DNA of 64,000 nucleotides from Candidatus Ozemobacteraceae bacterium (GTDB lineage: Bacteria; Muiribacteriota; Ozemobacteria; Ozemobacterales; Ozemobacteraceae), in assembly GCA_965140445.1 (NCBI GenBank), contig OZ223236.1:3520001-3584000 (forward strand), given 5' to 3'. The first letter of the stretch is position 1. Each line of letters begins with the position of its first letter. The position numbers were made by a program, and so were the translations under genes. Positions 22,764-34,853 of the stretch are shown piece by piece. Below the pieces are notes generated by a model. The model searched no databases, was not told where the DNA came from, and saw nothing but the letters and a program-made list of their open reading frames with translations.

Positions 22764-23591
22764 TTACTTCTTCCTGCGTGAAATGATGTATTTGCTGGTA
22801 GGATTCTTGCGCTTTCTGGTTTTGTAACCTTGAGCAGGTTTACCCCAGAGAGATACAGGAGGTCTACCGCGGCTTGTGCGGGCTTCACCACCACCATGTG
22901 GATGGTCGCATGGGTTCATGGCAGAACCACGAACGAATGGACGAATTCCCATCCATCTTTTTCTTCCGGCTTTACCGATTGTAATGTTCATGTTATCAGC
23001 ATTTCCAACTGTTCCAAGAACCGCACGGCAATCGAGAAGAACAAGTCTCATTTCACCAGATGGCATATTAATCTGAGCGTATTTACCTTCTTTACCAACA
23101 AGCTGAGCGTCAACACCAGCAGCACGTGCTATCTGAGCACCTTTGCCAGGTTTCATTTCAATGTGGTGAATGGTAGAACCCAGTGGAATGTTTCTGAGAG
23201 GAAGACAGTTGCCTGGAAGGATCTCAGCGCTTGGACCATTCTCAAGAACGTCCCCTACTTTAAGGCCTTCGTGAGCGATAATGTATCGTTTTTCACCGTC
23301 GCGATAGTTCACGAGAGCAATACGACAAGTTCTGTTAGGATCATATTCAATAGTAGCTACAGTTCCAGGAATACCATCTTTGTAGCGTTTGAAATCGATA
23401 ATACGATAGAGACGTTTGCTTCCGCCGCCTCTATGCCTAAGAGTGACGTGACCATGATGATTGCGACCAGCTTTTCTATGAAGCCATTCGCAAAGTGGTT
23501 TGTAGGGTTTGTTTGTAGTTATTTCTTCAAACGTGAACCCAGTCACAAAGCGGCGTGAGGGGGTGGTAGGGTTATAGACTTTTATACTCAT
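22764..23591 (-). CDS. rplB: 50S ribosomal protein L2
   Basis: [19 protein letters not shown]. Confidence 0.99.
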   Translation of the reverse strand: MSIKVYNPTTPSRRFVTGFTFEEITTNKPYKPLCEWLHRKAGRNHHGHVTLRHRGGGSKRLYRIIDFKRYKDGIPGTVATIEYDPNRTCRIALVNYRDGEKRYIIAHEGLKVGDVLENGPSAEILPGNCLPLRNIPLGSTIHHIEMKPGKGAQIARAAGVDAQLVGKEGKYAQINMPSGEMRLVLLDCRAVLGTVGNADNMNITIGKAGRKRWMGIRPFVRGSAMNPCDHPHGGGEARTSRGRPPVSLWGKPAQGYKTRKRKNPTSKYIISRRKK

Positions 23592-23610
23592 GACTTTCTC
23601 CTATTCCTAC

Positions 23611-23901
23611 TTAGGCAATTCCTTCAAAGAATTGTATAGAATCGCCTTCTTTAAGGGTAACAATTGCTTTCTTCCATTCTGAAGTATAGCCTTTGAAAAC
23701 CCCACGACGTTTGGGTTTGCGTGTTACGTTAAGGGTATTAACCTTAGTCACAGTTACATTGAAGAGTACTTCAACTGCATCTTTAATCTGATGCTTGTTA
23801 GCACAATTAGCAACTTTGAACTGATAAATACCTTCACCCATTCGATCGTAGCTTTTTTCGGAAACGATTGGTTGAATTATGATGTCCTGAGGTGCTTTCA
23901 T
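23611..23901 (-). CDS. rplW: 50S ribosomal protein L23
   Basis: PIVSEK, WKKAIVTL. Confidence 0.98.
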   Translation of the reverse strand: MKAPQDIIIQPIVSEKSYDRMGEGIYQFKVANCANKHQIKDAVEVLFNVTVTKVNTLNVTRKPKRRGVFKGYTSEWKKAIVTLKEGDSIQFFEGIA

Positions 23902-24518
23902 TTTACCAATACCTCCTCAAGCATTTTGACAGCTTTATCACAAATGGCGATCTGGCCATATTTAAGCATATCAACAACGTTAACGTGCATTGGAGTTACA
24001 ACCTTAACATTTTTAAGGTTCTGTGTGGCACGTCTAGTATTCTGAGAAATTTCAGAAACCACGAATAGAGCTTTTTCCATTTTGTGGCTATTAAGAAATT
24101 CAACTACATCTTTTGTTTTGCCAGATGTGAAATCAAAATTCTCAATGATTCTAATTGATCCTTCACTTGCTTTTGCAGTGAGAACACCAATTATTGCTTT
24201 ATCAACGACCTTTTTAGGAGGTCTTTGATCAAAGATGCGTGGTCTTGGACCAAAAGTTCGTCCACCACCTACGTGAAGAGGGGATTTGATATCGCCTTGG
24301 CGAGCACGGCCAGTACCTTTTTGACGATACAGCTTGCGAGTGCTTCCCTGAACTTCACTTCTTGTTTTTGTAGAAACAGTTCCATGTCTTTCATTATTGA
24401 GTTGAGCTTTTACAACATCATTAATGGTCTGAGGATGTGCTTTCTGTCCAAAAACAGCTTCGTTCAAATTAACTGAACCACTTTCGGTTCCATTCATACC
24501 AAATTTCTTGGCTTCCAT
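23898..24518 (-). CDS. rplD: 50S ribosomal protein L4
   Basis: TKTRSEV, RQKGTGRAR, GGGRTFGP. Confidence 0.98.
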   Translation of the reverse strand: MEAKKFGMNGTESGSVNLNEAVFGQKAHPQTINDVVKAQLNNERHGTVSTKTRSEVQGSTRKLYRQKGTGRARQGDIKSPLHVGGGRTFGPRPRIFDQRPPKKVVDKAIIGVLTAKASEGSIRIIENFDFTSGKTKDVVEFLNSHKMEKALFVVSEISQNTRRATQNLKNVKVVTPMHVNVVDMLKYGQIAICDKAVKMLEEVLVK

Positions 24519-24533
24519 AACTTCCTCCGTTCC

Positions 24534-25154
24534 TTAAGCCTGGCGAATTATAACCAGACCATTGGCGGCTCCAGGGATGGAACCCTTAACAAGCAGGAGG
24601 TTCTTCTGCTCGTCGACTTTAACAACCTTCAGACCTTTTACAGTTCGGCGCACATTGCCTAGCTGACCTGGAAGTTTTTTGCCCTTCCAAGTTCTAGCAG
24701 CGTTTGTACCAGAACCAGCGGAACCGACCGCGCGGGAATAATCTGAGGCACCATGTGTCATTGCCTGTCCTGCGAAATTGTGCCGTTCCATTGCGCCGGA
24801 AAAACCTTTACCCTTGCTGGTTCCAGTGATGTGTACCTGATCACCTTCTTTAAACATTGAAACATTGATCTCTGTATTAGGTTCAATTGCTTCAAGTTCG
24901 TCAGCGGGCAAGCTTCTTACGAAACGGAAAGGCTTAACTCCTGCTTTTTCGAAACTCATCTTTAGAGGCCTATTAAGCAGTCGTTTAACAGCTTCCGGTC
25001 TAATTTCCCTGTATCCAACCTGTACACTTGAATCACCTTTGCGGATGATTGTGCAAGGACCAGCGCTGATTACGGTTACGGGAACAACATTTCCATCATC
25101 AGTAAAAATCTGGGTCATACCAACTTTGGTACCCAATATTGCCTTAACGCCCAT
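24534..25154 (-). CDS. rplC: 50S ribosomal protein L3
   Basis: GTKVGMTQIF, SKGKGF, VKGSIPG. Confidence 0.98.
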   Translation of the reverse strand: MGVKAILGTKVGMTQIFTDDGNVVPVTVISAGPCTIIRKGDSSVQVGYREIRPEAVKRLLNRPLKMSFEKAGVKPFRFVRSLPADELEAIEPNTEINVSMFKEGDQVHITGTSKGKGFSGAMERHNFAGQAMTHGASDYSRAVGSAGSGTNAARTWKGKKLPGQLGNVRRTVKGLKVVKVDEQKNLLLVKGSIPGAANGLVIIRQA

Positions 25155-25181
25155 TATTTTCCTCCTTTATCCTTCCAGCTA

Positions 25182-25493
25182 TTACAACATCTTAATTTCG
25201 ATGTTAACACCGGAGGGAAGGTCCATGTTCATTAGAGAGTCAACCGTCTGTCCTGACGGATTGTAAAGGTCGATGTTTCTCTTATGAATTCTCATTTCAA
25301 ATTGCTCGCGTGAATCCTTATTAACAAAGGGTGAGCGAAGAACCGTATATTTTCGGATTTCCGTTGGCATAGGGATTGGTCCGGAAATTTTGGTTCCTGT
25401 TCGTTTTACGGTGTCACAAATTCTCGCTACTGATTGATCAAGAAGTCTATGATCAAACGCTTTGAGAGACAACCGCATTTTCTGCTTGGCCAT
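25182..25493 (-). CDS. rpsJ: 30S ribosomal protein S10
   Basis: LKAFDH, GPIPMPT, SREQFE. Confidence 0.99.
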   Translation of the reverse strand: MAKQKMRLSLKAFDHRLLDQSVARICDTVKRTGTKISGPIPMPTEIRKYTVLRSPFVNKDSREQFEMRIHKRNIDLYNPSGQTVDSLMNMDLPSGVNIEIKML

Positions 25494-25539
25494 TTTAAAA
25501 TCCTCCTTGGATTTCAGTCAAAAATTGTACCGTGATGAC

Positions 25540-27663
25540 TTAGATGTCACCAGCCATCATCTGCTGAGGCATTTGGTCGTAACCAAATACTCCCAGAATA
25601 CGTTCGGAAACATTTTTGGGGACTTCATCATAATGAAGAAGTTCCATTGTAAAGCTTGCGCGTCCTTGAGACAAGGAACGAAGCTGTGTAGAGTAACCAA
25701 ACATGTCGGATAATGGAGCGTGACATTCAATAACTCTTATGTCCTCACGCATTTCCATGTTGATTACTTTTCCGCGCCTGGCACTTATATTGCCAATAAT
25801 GTCACCCATATATTGTTCAGGTGTTTCTATTTCAACTCTCATGAACGGTTCTAGTAGGACAGGCCCAGCATTTCTCAATGCTGCTTTCATAGCTTCATAT
25901 CCTGAGATTTTAAAGGATATTTCATTGCTATCCGTTTCATGAAAAGAACCACCCTTAAGAACAACCTTTGCATCCACCATTGGGAAGCCAGCTAGAATAC
26001 CATCATTCATGCCGTCCTGGCAACCCTGAGATATAAAATTAACAAATTTTTCTGGAATAGCCTCTGGTGAAGCGGCATTCTCAAACTTAAATCCTTCTCC
26101 TCTAGGTAAAGGAGAGATTTCAAGAATAACATGGCCAAACTGTCCATGCCCACCAATTTGTTTTTCATATCTGCTTTCGCCAGTTCCACGCTTTGTTATT
26201 CCTTCTTTATAGGCAACCTGAGGTTTCCCAACAGAAGCTCTAACGTTAAATTCTCGGATGATGCGATCAACAATTATTTCTAAGTGAAGCTCACCCATTC
26301 CAGAAATCAAAGTTTCACCAGTATCTGGATCTATCTTTGCTTTAAAGGTAGGATCTTCATCCATTAAAGAGTTTAAAACATCAGTAAGCTTGGAAAGGTC
26401 GGCTTGAGTTTTTGGCTCAATAGCCACGGAAATAACCGTTTCCGGGAATGTAATTCTTTCGAGTGTTGGATGCTTAATTTCGGAAGAAATAGTTTCGCCA
26501 GTAGCTACGCCTTTCATTCCAACTGCTGCAACAATATCACCCGCCTGGATTTTTTGAATGTCTTTCCTTTGATTTGCATGCATCTGAAGCAAGCGCCCTA
26601 CTCTCTCTTTTTTTCCGTTGTTGACGTTATAAACAACTTTACCTGCCTCAAGAGTGCCTGAATAGACTCTCAAGTAAACAAGCTTACCAACATGTGCGTC
26701 AGTAGCTATTTTAAACGCCAAAGCAGAAAAAGGAGCATCTGGGTCTGCTTTAATTTCAACTTCTTTTTCATCCTCAACCGCATAACCTACAGCAGCAGGA
26801 ATATCGATCGGAGAAGGAAGATAATCAACGATTGAATCAAGAAGGTCCTGAACGCCTTTATTTTTAAAAGCGGAGCCGCAAAGCATGGGAACAACGTTTC
26901 CAGCAATTGTGGCGCTTCTCAAGCTTTTCTTAATCAATTCTTCAGAAACATCTTGCTCTTCAAGATACAACTCAAGAATTTCATCGCTGTAAGCCGAAAG
27001 GGTTTCTAGCATAAAATCTCTGGCACTTTCTGCTTTTTCAACATATTCAGCAGGAATTTCACCAATACTGAATTCGACTCCAAGACTAACGCTGTTAGCA
27101 TTGTCCCAGGTATGAGCTTTCATAGTAACCAAATCTATGTGACCAACAAACAAATCTTCAGATCCCATTGGGATGACGATTGGTAAAGGCTTAGCCAACA
27201 GACGTTCTTTTACCTGCTGAACAACCCTTTCAAAGTTGGCACCGACTCGATCCATCTTGTTTACGAAAGCCACTCTTGGCACTTTGTAACGATTAGCTTG
27301 ACGCCAAACAGTTTCAGACTGTGGCTGTACACCTGCTACGGCGCAAAAAACCACAACCGCCCCATCAAGCACTCTTAATGAGCGTTCAACTTCGGCAGTA
27401 AAGTCCACGTGTCCGGGCGTGTCTATAATGTTGATGTCGGCATCTTTCCATGCGCATTTAGTCGCTGCACTTGTAATAGTAATTCCGCGTTCCTGTTCCT
27501 GGATCATCCAGTCCATTACCGCGGTTCCCTCATGAACTTCGCCCATCTTATAGTTAATTCCGGTATAAAAAAGAATACGTTCAGTTGTCGTAGTTTTCCC
27601 AGCATCAATGTGGGCTACGATACCAATATTCCTAATTTTTCCGATATTATTAGTGGCACTCAT
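25540..27663 (-). CDS. fusA: elongation factor G
   Basis: [41 protein letters not shown]. Confidence 0.99.
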   Translation of the reverse strand: MSATNNIGKIRNIGIVAHIDAGKTTTTERILFYTGINYKMGEVHEGTAVMDWMIQEQERGITITSAATKCAWKDADINIIDTPGHVDFTAEVERSLRVLDGAVVVFCAVAGVQPQSETVWRQANRYKVPRVAFVNKMDRVGANFERVVQQVKERLLAKPLPIVIPMGSEDLFVGHIDLVTMKAHTWDNANSVSLGVEFSIGEIPAEYVEKAESARDFMLETLSAYSDEILELYLEEQDVSEELIKKSLRSATIAGNVVPMLCGSAFKNKGVQDLLDSIVDYLPSPIDIPAAVGYAVEDEKEVEIKADPDAPFSALAFKIATDAHVGKLVYLRVYSGTLEAGKVVYNVNNGKKERVGRLLQMHANQRKDIQKIQAGDIVAAVGMKGVATGETISSEIKHPTLERITFPETVISVAIEPKTQADLSKLTDVLNSLMDEDPTFKAKIDPDTGETLISGMGELHLEIIVDRIIREFNVRASVGKPQVAYKEGITKRGTGESRYEKQIGGHGQFGHVILEISPLPRGEGFKFENAASPEAIPEKFVNFISQGCQDGMNDGILAGFPMVDAKVVLKGGSFHETDSNEISFKISGYEAMKAALRNAGPVLLEPFMRVEIETPEQYMGDIIGNISARRGKVINMEMREDIRVIECHAPLSDMFGYSTQLRSLSQGRASFTMELLHYDEVPKNVSERILGVFGYDQMPQQMMAGDI

Positions 27664-27706
27664 AAGGTTTACCTATTACAGTTGCATCCAATTCTAATGA
27701 TTTTTA

Positions 27707-28180
27707 TTAAACCCGGAAGTGTGAGAATGCTTTATTTGCTTCAGCCATTCTATGAACTTCATCGCGCTTCTTCATTGTAGCGCCAGTATTGTTGAGAATA
27801 TCGTCAAATTCAGCACTAAGTCTGTCTGACATTGATTTTTCTTTTCTCGCCCTGGAAAATCTAAGAATCCAGCGGAAAGCCAAGGCAATCGCACGATCAG
27901 ATTTAACTTCGATTGGAACCTGATAGTTCGCTCCACCAACACGTTTGCTTCTTACTTCAACCATTGGTTTTGCTGAATCAACAACTTTTTTGAAAAGTTC
28001 AAGACCGTTTTCATCTTTTCTTTTCTTTGAGAGTTTTTCAACTGCATCATAGAAAATACGACTTCCGATACTTTTCTTCCCATCTACCATGAGATTGTTG
28101 ACAAATCTGGTTACAAGCTTAGAGTTGTAAACTGAATCAGGAGTCAATTCTCTTTTGCTTACGTGACCACGTCTAGGCAT
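27707..28180 (-). CDS. rpsG: 30S ribosomal protein S7
   Basis: MPRR, RVGGANYQVP, MAEANKAF. Confidence 0.99.
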   Translation of the reverse strand: MPRRGHVSKRELTPDSVYNSKLVTRFVNNLMVDGKKSIGSRIFYDAVEKLSKKRKDENGLELFKKVVDSAKPMVEVRSKRVGGANYQVPIEVKSDRAIALAFRWILRFSRARKEKSMSDRLSAEFDDILNNTGATMKKRDEVHRMAEANKAFSHFRV

Positions 28181-28193
28181 GAATCAATTCTCC

Positions 28194-28568
28194 TTATTTT
28201 TTGGGCCGTTTGGCGCCATATTTAGAGCGAGCCTGCATGCGGTTGGCAACGCCAGCGCAGTCAAGTGCTCCGCGAATGATGTGATAACGTACACCAGGTA
28301 AATCTTTAACACGACCGCCGCGAATAAGCACAACAGAGTGTTCCTGCAGATTGTGTCCGATACCTGGGATGTAAGCCGTTACCTCAATCTTGTTAGTCAG
28401 CCTTACGCGAGCGATTTTACGAAGAGCCGAGTTAGGCTTCTTCGGTGTGGTTGTTTTAACAACCGTACAAACGCCACGGCGCTGTGGACAATCATCCAGA
28501 GCTGGTGATGACGATTTGTAAACCGGAGCACGTCTGGCCTTTCTGATAAGTTGATTAATGGTAGGCAC
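28194..28568 (-). CDS. rpsL: 30S ribosomal protein S12
   Basis: [29 protein letters not shown] start at 28568. Confidence 0.99.
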   Translation of the reverse strand: MPTINQLIRKARRAPVYKSSSPALDDCPQRRGVCTVVKTTTPKKPNSALRKIARVRLTNKIEVTAYIPGIGHNLQEHSVVLIRGGRVKDLPGVRYHIIRGALDCAGVANRMQARSKYGAKRPKK

Positions 28569-28642
28569 TACGAACACCTTCCTTAAAAATTTTCAATAAG
28601 GCTATACCGCCTTACTGCCCTGATAGTTCAGGGTGAACTTAG

Positions 28643-28671
28643 ATGCTAGCATATGTTAAAGTCTCTGTCAA
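28643..28671 (-). promoter_or_regulatory. str operon promoter
   Basis: TTGACA-17 bp-TAGCAT with extended -10 TG. Confidence 0.75.
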
Positions 28672-28700
28672 CGTACTTTTGCGAAGACTTTAAAATTTTC

Positions 28701-28736
28701 AAAAAAAAAGGCCCGGAAAATATTTTTCCGAGCCTT
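28701..28736 (-). terminator. intrinsic terminator after rpoC
   Basis: AAGGCTCGGAAAA-ATA-TTTTCCGGGCC followed by T9. Confidence 0.85.
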
Positions 28737-28745
28737 AATTTTTTT

Positions 28746-31700
28746 TTATTCTTTAGGAGAAGAAGTTAAGAAGAGTTCTTCTTCAAGTTTCTTCAATCCA
28801 GCTTCATCTTCAGCACCTTCTGCTTTAAATAGATCTTCTGATGCATTTTCAACAACTTCCATTTCAACAGGAAGATTCTTGAACATGATATCTCTTTCTA
28901 CAGAAAGACCGGTTCCGGCAGGAATCAACTTACCAATGATAAGGTTTTCCTTAAGACCCTTGAGATGATCCACTTTTGACTTAATAGCTGCCTTAGTCAA
29001 AACACGTGTTGTTTCCTGGAAAGACGCTGCAGAAATAAAGCTGTCTGTTGTTAAAGAAGCTTTTGTAATTCCCTGAATCATTGGTACACCAACTGGTGGT
29101 TTTTTACCTTTTTCAATCAAAGAATTAACTCTTTCTTCAAAACGTCTTACATGAACTGGTTCATTTGGCAAGAACTGTGAATCACCTGAGTGAGTAATTA
29201 CTACTTTTCTCAACATCTGACGAACAATAATTTCAATGTGTTTGTCATTGATGCTAACACCCTGATCACGATAAACTCTCTGGATTTCATCCATGAGGTA
29301 TCTTCTTACAAATGGAAGGTCAACAACCTTAACCAGTTTTTTAGGGAATACCTTACCGTCAGTAATAACATCACCGGCTTCTACATATTCTCCATCATGA
29401 ACAACAAGTCCAGAAGCACCAAACTGCACGCGAACAGGTTTTTCAATTCCAGTCTCGATATCTCTAATTGTTACAGAGTTACCAGAGATGTGAATAACAC
29501 CTGATTCTTCTGCAATAACAGTTTCTTTCTTCGGTCGGCGAACTTCAAACAGTTCGGCAACACGAGGAAGACCCTGAATGATGTCTGTTGTTTTTCTAGC
29601 AGAAGCGCCCCACTTAGCAAGGATTTCACCCTTTTTAACTTTAGCGCCATCTTCTACTCTAAGTTCCGCACCGTCAAGAACCTGATGAGATTCACCTGGT
29701 TGGATAACGATTGTTTTGATAGTGCTCTTAATTTTTCCTTCTTTAGATTCTTCATGCTCAAGAAGGGTTACACCATGGTTAGTAGCTTTTAAGCAAGCAA
29801 GAAGCTGACCTTCACGGATTTCCTGTCCATCTTCAACTAGAACAGCTCCGCATGCTACCATTTCCTTGGTAACGGCATATTTCTTATCCTTGATTACTCT
29901 CTGTCTAATTCTTATTCCACTACCTTCACTGTCTTCAACTTGTTCGTATTCCTCAAAAGGAATAGGAGCAAGTGTCAGCTCACCATCTTTTACGACTGTT
30001 GGTGGGAATTTCAAACTTAGAGTTGCTGGATAGCTGAATTCTACGCCGCTATAAACAAGAACCTTTTCAATGATTTCTTCGCAGATGATTTTGTTGTAAC
30101 CATAAATATAGTTAACTTTACCAGCGATTTCACTAGTCATTGGTTCAATATCAGTAACAACCTTGTCACCAGCTTTTACAACCTGACCATCTTCAACGGC
30201 TATAGTTGCTCCTGCTGGCACAGGATACTGTACTTTTATTTCATCTTCGCCAATGATGTTAACTGCATCTTGTTCACCCTTAGCAATATAAACTTCTCTA
30301 ATTGAAGCTTTGTTATCTTCAAGGATGTTATACAATGTGTCATCAATTTGAACACCTTTTTCAGCAACCAATTCATCGGTTTCCTTATTAACTGCAACCC
30401 TAGCTAAAGTTGCGCCTCTAAGAATTTCCATGTCGTCGCCAATCAAGTGAACTCTGTGCTCAGAAATAGTTTTTGTTATTTCAATTGTTCCATCAATTTC
30501 AGCTTGAATGATAAGTTTGGCTGTAAGTTCTCCACCCTCTGCAACGTCTCCACCATTAGGAATTTTACAATTTTCTTTTGGTCTGAGAATTACACCACGA
30601 GGAACTGGATATTCAATTTCGTTTTTAACGATTACGCGCTTTCTATCAAGAGTTTTGTTAGCAGCACTTTTTTCATTAATAACTCTTACTACACCAGAGA
30701 TTGGAGCAATAAGTGACAAAGTTTTATTTTGTTCATCTATTGCAGCAGCCATTTCGCCCTTAAATTCATATTCCTCTTCAACTTCTCGGGAGATAGTTAA
30801 TTTGGTTCCATGTGAACTTGTGCTAAGGGTTCCTGTCATTTCAGAGATAATTGAAAGGAGTTTCTGACCAGGATATACCTCATCACCATTTTTAACGTTA
30901 AGGATAAGACCTGATGATTTAACAGCAGCTTCTTTTGCTTCCTTTACGCTTTTTGGAAGAGGATATTCTGTTCTGTCTTTATCTTTGCTCTTCTCAGGGA
31001 AAACAAAGACCATACCGTTATCACTGATAACCTGTTTGTTCTTTATCTTAATATTTTCAAACTTAATAATACCGTCGGTTCTAGCAATCGCAGCATGAGA
31101 TTCGGCCGAGATTTCTGCAAGAAGGTTACCGGCATGAATTATTTCGTTATCTTCAACTTTAAGAGTTGCACCCTGAGGGATTTTATAATCTTCAATAATG
31201 AAGTCTTTTGTTACCGGATCAAATTCCTGAGTGAGGATCTTGATAATACCGTGTTCAGAAACAACCATACCGTCTTTCTGTTCGATATCATCAAAAATAA
31301 CTTCCCCAGTGTATCCAGTTACAACGTTGTTTGGATTGTATTCAGCCAAAGCTTTTCCAGGAGTTACTTTATCTCCATCTTCAATTCTCATTTCAGAACC
31401 GACTGGGATATGAACTCTGTCGCTTCTTCCGCCTTTGCCTTGAACAGTGAGGTATCCACCAACAACAACGGTTTTGATGTTTGCACCAAATTCGCTCTTA
31501 TCGAAGGTTTCAGTTCCTGAACCAATTTCAAACTTGGCTCTGTCATAAACTTTTGCAAGTTTTAGATGTTCAAATCTGGCAAGACCTTGAGTTCTAGCTT
31601 TGATATACGATCTTTGAGCAAGAGCAACACCACCAAGATGGAAGGTTCTCATCGTAAGCTGTGTTCCTGGTTCCCCAATTGACTGAGCCGCGATAATTCC

Positions 31701-34700
31701 AACAGCTTCACCAAGGTCAACCGGTTTTCCAGTTGCAAGATCCGCTCCATAACAGCATTGACAAATTCCAGACTTAGAACGACAAGTCAAAGGCGATCGC
31801 ATAACGATCTTACTTCTGATCTTGATTTCCGGGAAGTCAGCATCTCTGGCTTTTTCCAGAACATATTCGTTAATTGGTCTATCTGGTCTAATAATGATTC
31901 TATTAGTTTTTGGATCAATCAGCTGTTCGGCGCAAATCATTCCAGGTTTCAACTGTTCCATTGGCACCTGGAAATCAACTCTGCCTTCTATTTCGTTTGC
32001 AATATCGTCTGTACAATATAGGCCAGCTTCAACTTTAATATTCTGACCGCCAACATTGATGGTCAAAACTTTACCAGTTACAGGATGTACAATTGGTTTA
32101 GCAAGTATACGTCCAGCTATTCTATAGCGTATTGGAACAACGATATCATCAATCATGATATTGTTTGAAGTTCTGTTCTGGCGAATTGGAGAAACCTCTA
32201 CGCCAAGTTCTGAACCACAATCATGGTTTGTAATAACAACGTCCTGAGCAACATCAACAAGTCTTCTGGTTAGATATCCAGAGTCAGCAGTACGAAGAGC
32301 AGTATCAACAAGACCTTTTCTCGCACCGTATGTTGAGATGAAGTATTCAGACTGATTCAAACCTTCACGGAAATTTGACTTAATCGGGAAAGCAAGAATG
32401 TCACCGCGTGGATTCGACATTAGACCGCGCATTGCAGCCAACTGTCTTATCTGTTGCATGTTACCTCTCGCTCCAGAGAACGCCATCATATAAACCGGAT
32501 TGAACTCACCCAAATGGGCAGTTGATTCAAACTCCTGGAGCAAATCATCTGTAACGTCTTCAGTAGCTTTCGTCCAGATGTTTACTTCATTCTGTTTTCT
32601 TTCATCACGGCTGATTTCGCCTCTTTCCCATCTATCTCTAACCTTGGCAACTTTTCTATCAGCTGCTTCAAGGATTTCGCGCTTCTTCGGTGGGTCAACC
32701 ATATCTACAATTGAAATGGTCAGACCGGAGAATGTTGCGAACTTAAATCCTAGTGCTTTAAGCTTATCAAGAGCTTCGCCTACCACGGTAAGATTATATT
32801 CTGTAAAGAGTCTCTTAATCAGGTTTGAAACGTTTCCTTTTTTAACCTGGAGATTCTGGAATGGGAAATCTTCCGGAAGATTATCATTGAAAATAACTCT
32901 TCCAATGGTAGTTCTCATGTAACTGTCTTTAACAGTCTTTTCTCTGTCATCGTCTTCACGTTTTTCAGAAACGAAAGAGTCATTTCTAAGATAAACAGGC
33001 CATTGAAGATTAAAGCTACCAGTTTCAAATGCATTCACGGCTTCGCCGAGGCTTTTGAAAATTGGAGATCTATAAACAATGATTGATTCAACTTTTTCTT
33101 TATCCAATAAATCCACAGTTTCGCTTGAATCAAAAACGGTATTTATTGGTAAGGCATCGCTGATTTCTTCTGCAAGCTTGAAGTTATATGGACGGCCATC
33201 TGTTAAGAGATAATCTGCCCACTTCTTTCCTTTTGCCAATTCAATTTCAGCAACTGGATAATCTTCACCTTCAGGTTTTTCGATTGTGAGATAGAACAAG
33301 CCGATAGTCATATCCTGAGAAGGACTTGAAACCGGTCTGCCATCTGCTGGCTTAAGAATGTTGTTGCTTGAAAGCATTAACATTCTAGCTTCAATCTGAG
33401 CATCAAGCATAAGAGGAACGTGAACCGCCATCTGATCGCCGTCAAAGTCAGCATTGTATGCCGCACAGACGAGAGGATGAATCTGAATCGCTTTTCCTTC
33501 GATAAGCACAGGTTCAAACGCCTGAATACCAAGTCTATGAAGCGTAGGCGCACGGTTTAGAAGAATAGGATGATGTCTGATGACTTCCTCGAGGATATCC
33601 CATACTTCTGGTTTTTCACGCTCGATCATTTTCTTGGCGCTCTTAATGTTAGGAGCTATGTTCTTCTGCTGCAGTTTGTGCATTACAAAAGGCTTAAATA
33701 GTTCCAGGGCCATTTTCTTTGGCAAACCAGCCTGATGAAGCTTCAAAGTTGGACCAACAACGATAACAGAACGTCCAGAATAATCAACACGTTTACCGAG
33801 TAGATTCTGTCTGAAACGACCCTGTTTACCTTTAAGCATGTCAGTCAAAGATTTTAGAGGTCTATTATTTGGACCAGTTACAAGCTTGCCTCTTCTTCCG
33901 TTATCAATCAATGCATTAACGGCTTCTTGAAGCATACGTTTCTCATTTTTAATAATGATATCAGGAGCCTGTAATTTAATAAGTCTCTTAAGTCGGTTAT
34001 TTCTGTTAATAACTCTTCTATAGAGGTCATTCAAATCAGAGGTTGCAAATCTACCACCATCTAACTGTACCATCGGTCTCAAATCTGGTGGGATTACTGG
34101 AATAACATCAAGGATCATCCATTCTGGGCGAGAAACAGATCTTGCATACATTTTAACAAGTTCCATTCTCTTAAGAAGGTGAGTTCTTTTTGTTCCAGTT
34201 GCGGTTTTCAACTGTTCAGCCAATTCTTTTTCAAGTTTTGGCAGATCAATTTCTGCAAGCAATTCTCTAATAGCTTCAGCACCCATTTTAGCTGTGAACA
34301 TGTCACCGTATTTCTCACGAAGTTCACGGTAACCCATTTCACCAGCAGCGCCTTCTTCTGGAAGAAGTTGCTTTTTAGAAAGTGGGAGATTTCCAGGATC
34401 AATAACGATGTAGCTCTGGAAATAAAGAACCTTTTCAAGGTCTCTAGCTGAAATATCAAGTAAAAGGGCTATATAATTCGGGCTTCCTTTTGAATACCAA
34501 ATGTGTCCAACAGGAGTAACCAGCTGAATGTGGCCCATTCTTTCTCTTCTAACAGCAGCTTTGGTTATTTCAACATTACATCTTTCACAAATAATGCCTC
34601 TATAACGAATGCTTTTGTATTTACCGCAAAAACACTCCCAGTCTTTTTGTGGTCCGAAGATTCTTTCGCAGAAAAGTCCATCCCGTTCCGGTTTATGGGT

Positions 34701-34811
34701 TCGGTAGTTGATGGTTTCCGGCTTTTTAACCTCACCGTATGACCAAGACCTGATTTTTTCGGGCGAGGCAATGCTTATTTGAATCGCATCAAATTTGTCC
34801 ATATCTAACAT
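28746..34811 (-). CDS. rpoC: RNA polymerase beta' subunit, 2021 aa, with very large trigger-loop insertion
   Basis: [15 protein letters not shown]...CERC zinc finger, MRTFH...DIIQGLPRV. Confidence 0.99.
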   Translation of the reverse strand: MLDMDKFDAIQISIASPEKIRSWSYGEVKKPETINYRTHKPERDGLFCERIFGPQKDWECFCGKYKSIRYRGIICERCNVEITKAAVRRERMGHIQLVTPVGHIWYSKGSPNYIALLLDISARDLEKVLYFQSYIVIDPGNLPLSKKQLLPEEGAAGEMGYRELREKYGDMFTAKMGAEAIRELLAEIDLPKLEKELAEQLKTATGTKRTHLLKRMELVKMYARSVSRPEWMILDVIPVIPPDLRPMVQLDGGRFATSDLNDLYRRVINRNNRLKRLIKLQAPDIIIKNEKRMLQEAVNALIDNGRRGKLVTGPNNRPLKSLTDMLKGKQGRFRQNLLGKRVDYSGRSVIVVGPTLKLHQAGLPKKMALELFKPFVMHKLQQKNIAPNIKSAKKMIEREKPEVWDILEEVIRHHPILLNRAPTLHRLGIQAFEPVLIEGKAIQIHPLVCAAYNADFDGDQMAVHVPLMLDAQIEARMLMLSSNNILKPADGRPVSSPSQDMTIGLFYLTIEKPEGEDYPVAEIELAKGKKWADYLLTDGRPYNFKLAEEISDALPINTVFDSSETVDLLDKEKVESIIVYRSPIFKSLGEAVNAFETGSFNLQWPVYLRNDSFVSEKREDDDREKTVKDSYMRTTIGRVIFNDNLPEDFPFQNLQVKKGNVSNLIKRLFTEYNLTVVGEALDKLKALGFKFATFSGLTISIVDMVDPPKKREILEAADRKVAKVRDRWERGEISRDERKQNEVNIWTKATEDVTDDLLQEFESTAHLGEFNPVYMMAFSGARGNMQQIRQLAAMRGLMSNPRGDILAFPIKSNFREGLNQSEYFISTYGARKGLVDTALRTADSGYLTRRLVDVAQDVVITNHDCGSELGVEVSPIRQNRTSNNIMIDDIVVPIRYRIAGRILAKPIVHPVTGKVLTINVGGQNIKVEAGLYCTDDIANEIEGRVDFQVPMEQLKPGMICAEQLIDPKTNRIIIRPDRPINEYVLEKARDADFPEIKIRSKIVMRSPLTCRSKSGICQCCYGADLATGKPVDLGEAVGIIAAQSIGEPGTQLTMRTFHLGGVALAQRSYIKARTQGLARFEHLKLAKVYDRAKFEIGSGTETFDKSEFGANIKTVVVGGYLTVQGKGGRSDRVHIPVGSEMRIEDGDKVTPGKALAEYNPNNVVTGYTGEVIFDDIEQKDGMVVSEHGIIKILTQEFDPVTKDFIIEDYKIPQGATLKVEDNEIIHAGNLLAEISAESHAAIARTDGIIKFENIKIKNKQVISDNGMVFVFPEKSKDKDRTEYPLPKSVKEAKEAAVKSSGLILNVKNGDEVYPGQKLLSIISEMTGTLSTSSHGTKLTISREVEEEYEFKGEMAAAIDEQNKTLSLIAPISGVVRVINEKSAANKTLDRKRVIVKNEIEYPVPRGVILRPKENCKIPNGGDVAEGGELTAKLIIQAEIDGTIEITKTISEHRVHLIGDDMEILRGATLARVAVNKETDELVAEKGVQIDDTLYNILEDNKASIREVYIAKGEQDAVNIIGEDEIKVQYPVPAGATIAVEDGQVVKAGDKVVTDIEPMTSEIAGKVNYIYGYNKIICEEIIEKVLVYSGVEFSYPATLSLKFPPTVVKDGELTLAPIPFEEYEQVEDSEGSGIRIRQRVIKDKKYAVTKEMVACGAVLVEDGQEIREGQLLACLKATNHGVTLLEHEESKEGKIKSTIKTIVIQPGESHQVLDGAELRVEDGAKVKKGEILAKWGASARKTTDIIQGLPRVAELFEVRRPKKETVIAEESGVIHISGNSVTIRDIETGIEKPVRVQFGASGLVVHDGEYVEAGDVITDGKVFPKKLVKVVDLPFVRRYLMDEIQRVYRDQGVSINDKHIEIIVRQMLRKVVITHSGDSQFLPNEPVHVRRFEERVNSLIEKGKKPPVGVPMIQGITKASLTTDSFISAASFQETTRVLTKAAIKSKVDHLKGLKENLIIGKLIPAGTGLSVERDIMFKNLPVEMEVVENASEDLFKAEGAEDEAGLKKLEEELFLTSSPKE

Positions 34812-34853
34812 GTTTGATGTCTCCTTCCTATTTCGCTGATACCGGAAATGGCA

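Noticed and set aside
22830..23558. 242-aa plus-strand ORF and many similar antisense ORFs in the r-protein/rpoBC region
   Set aside because: Shadow frames of highly biased genes (here rplB), with no SD or recognisable motifs.
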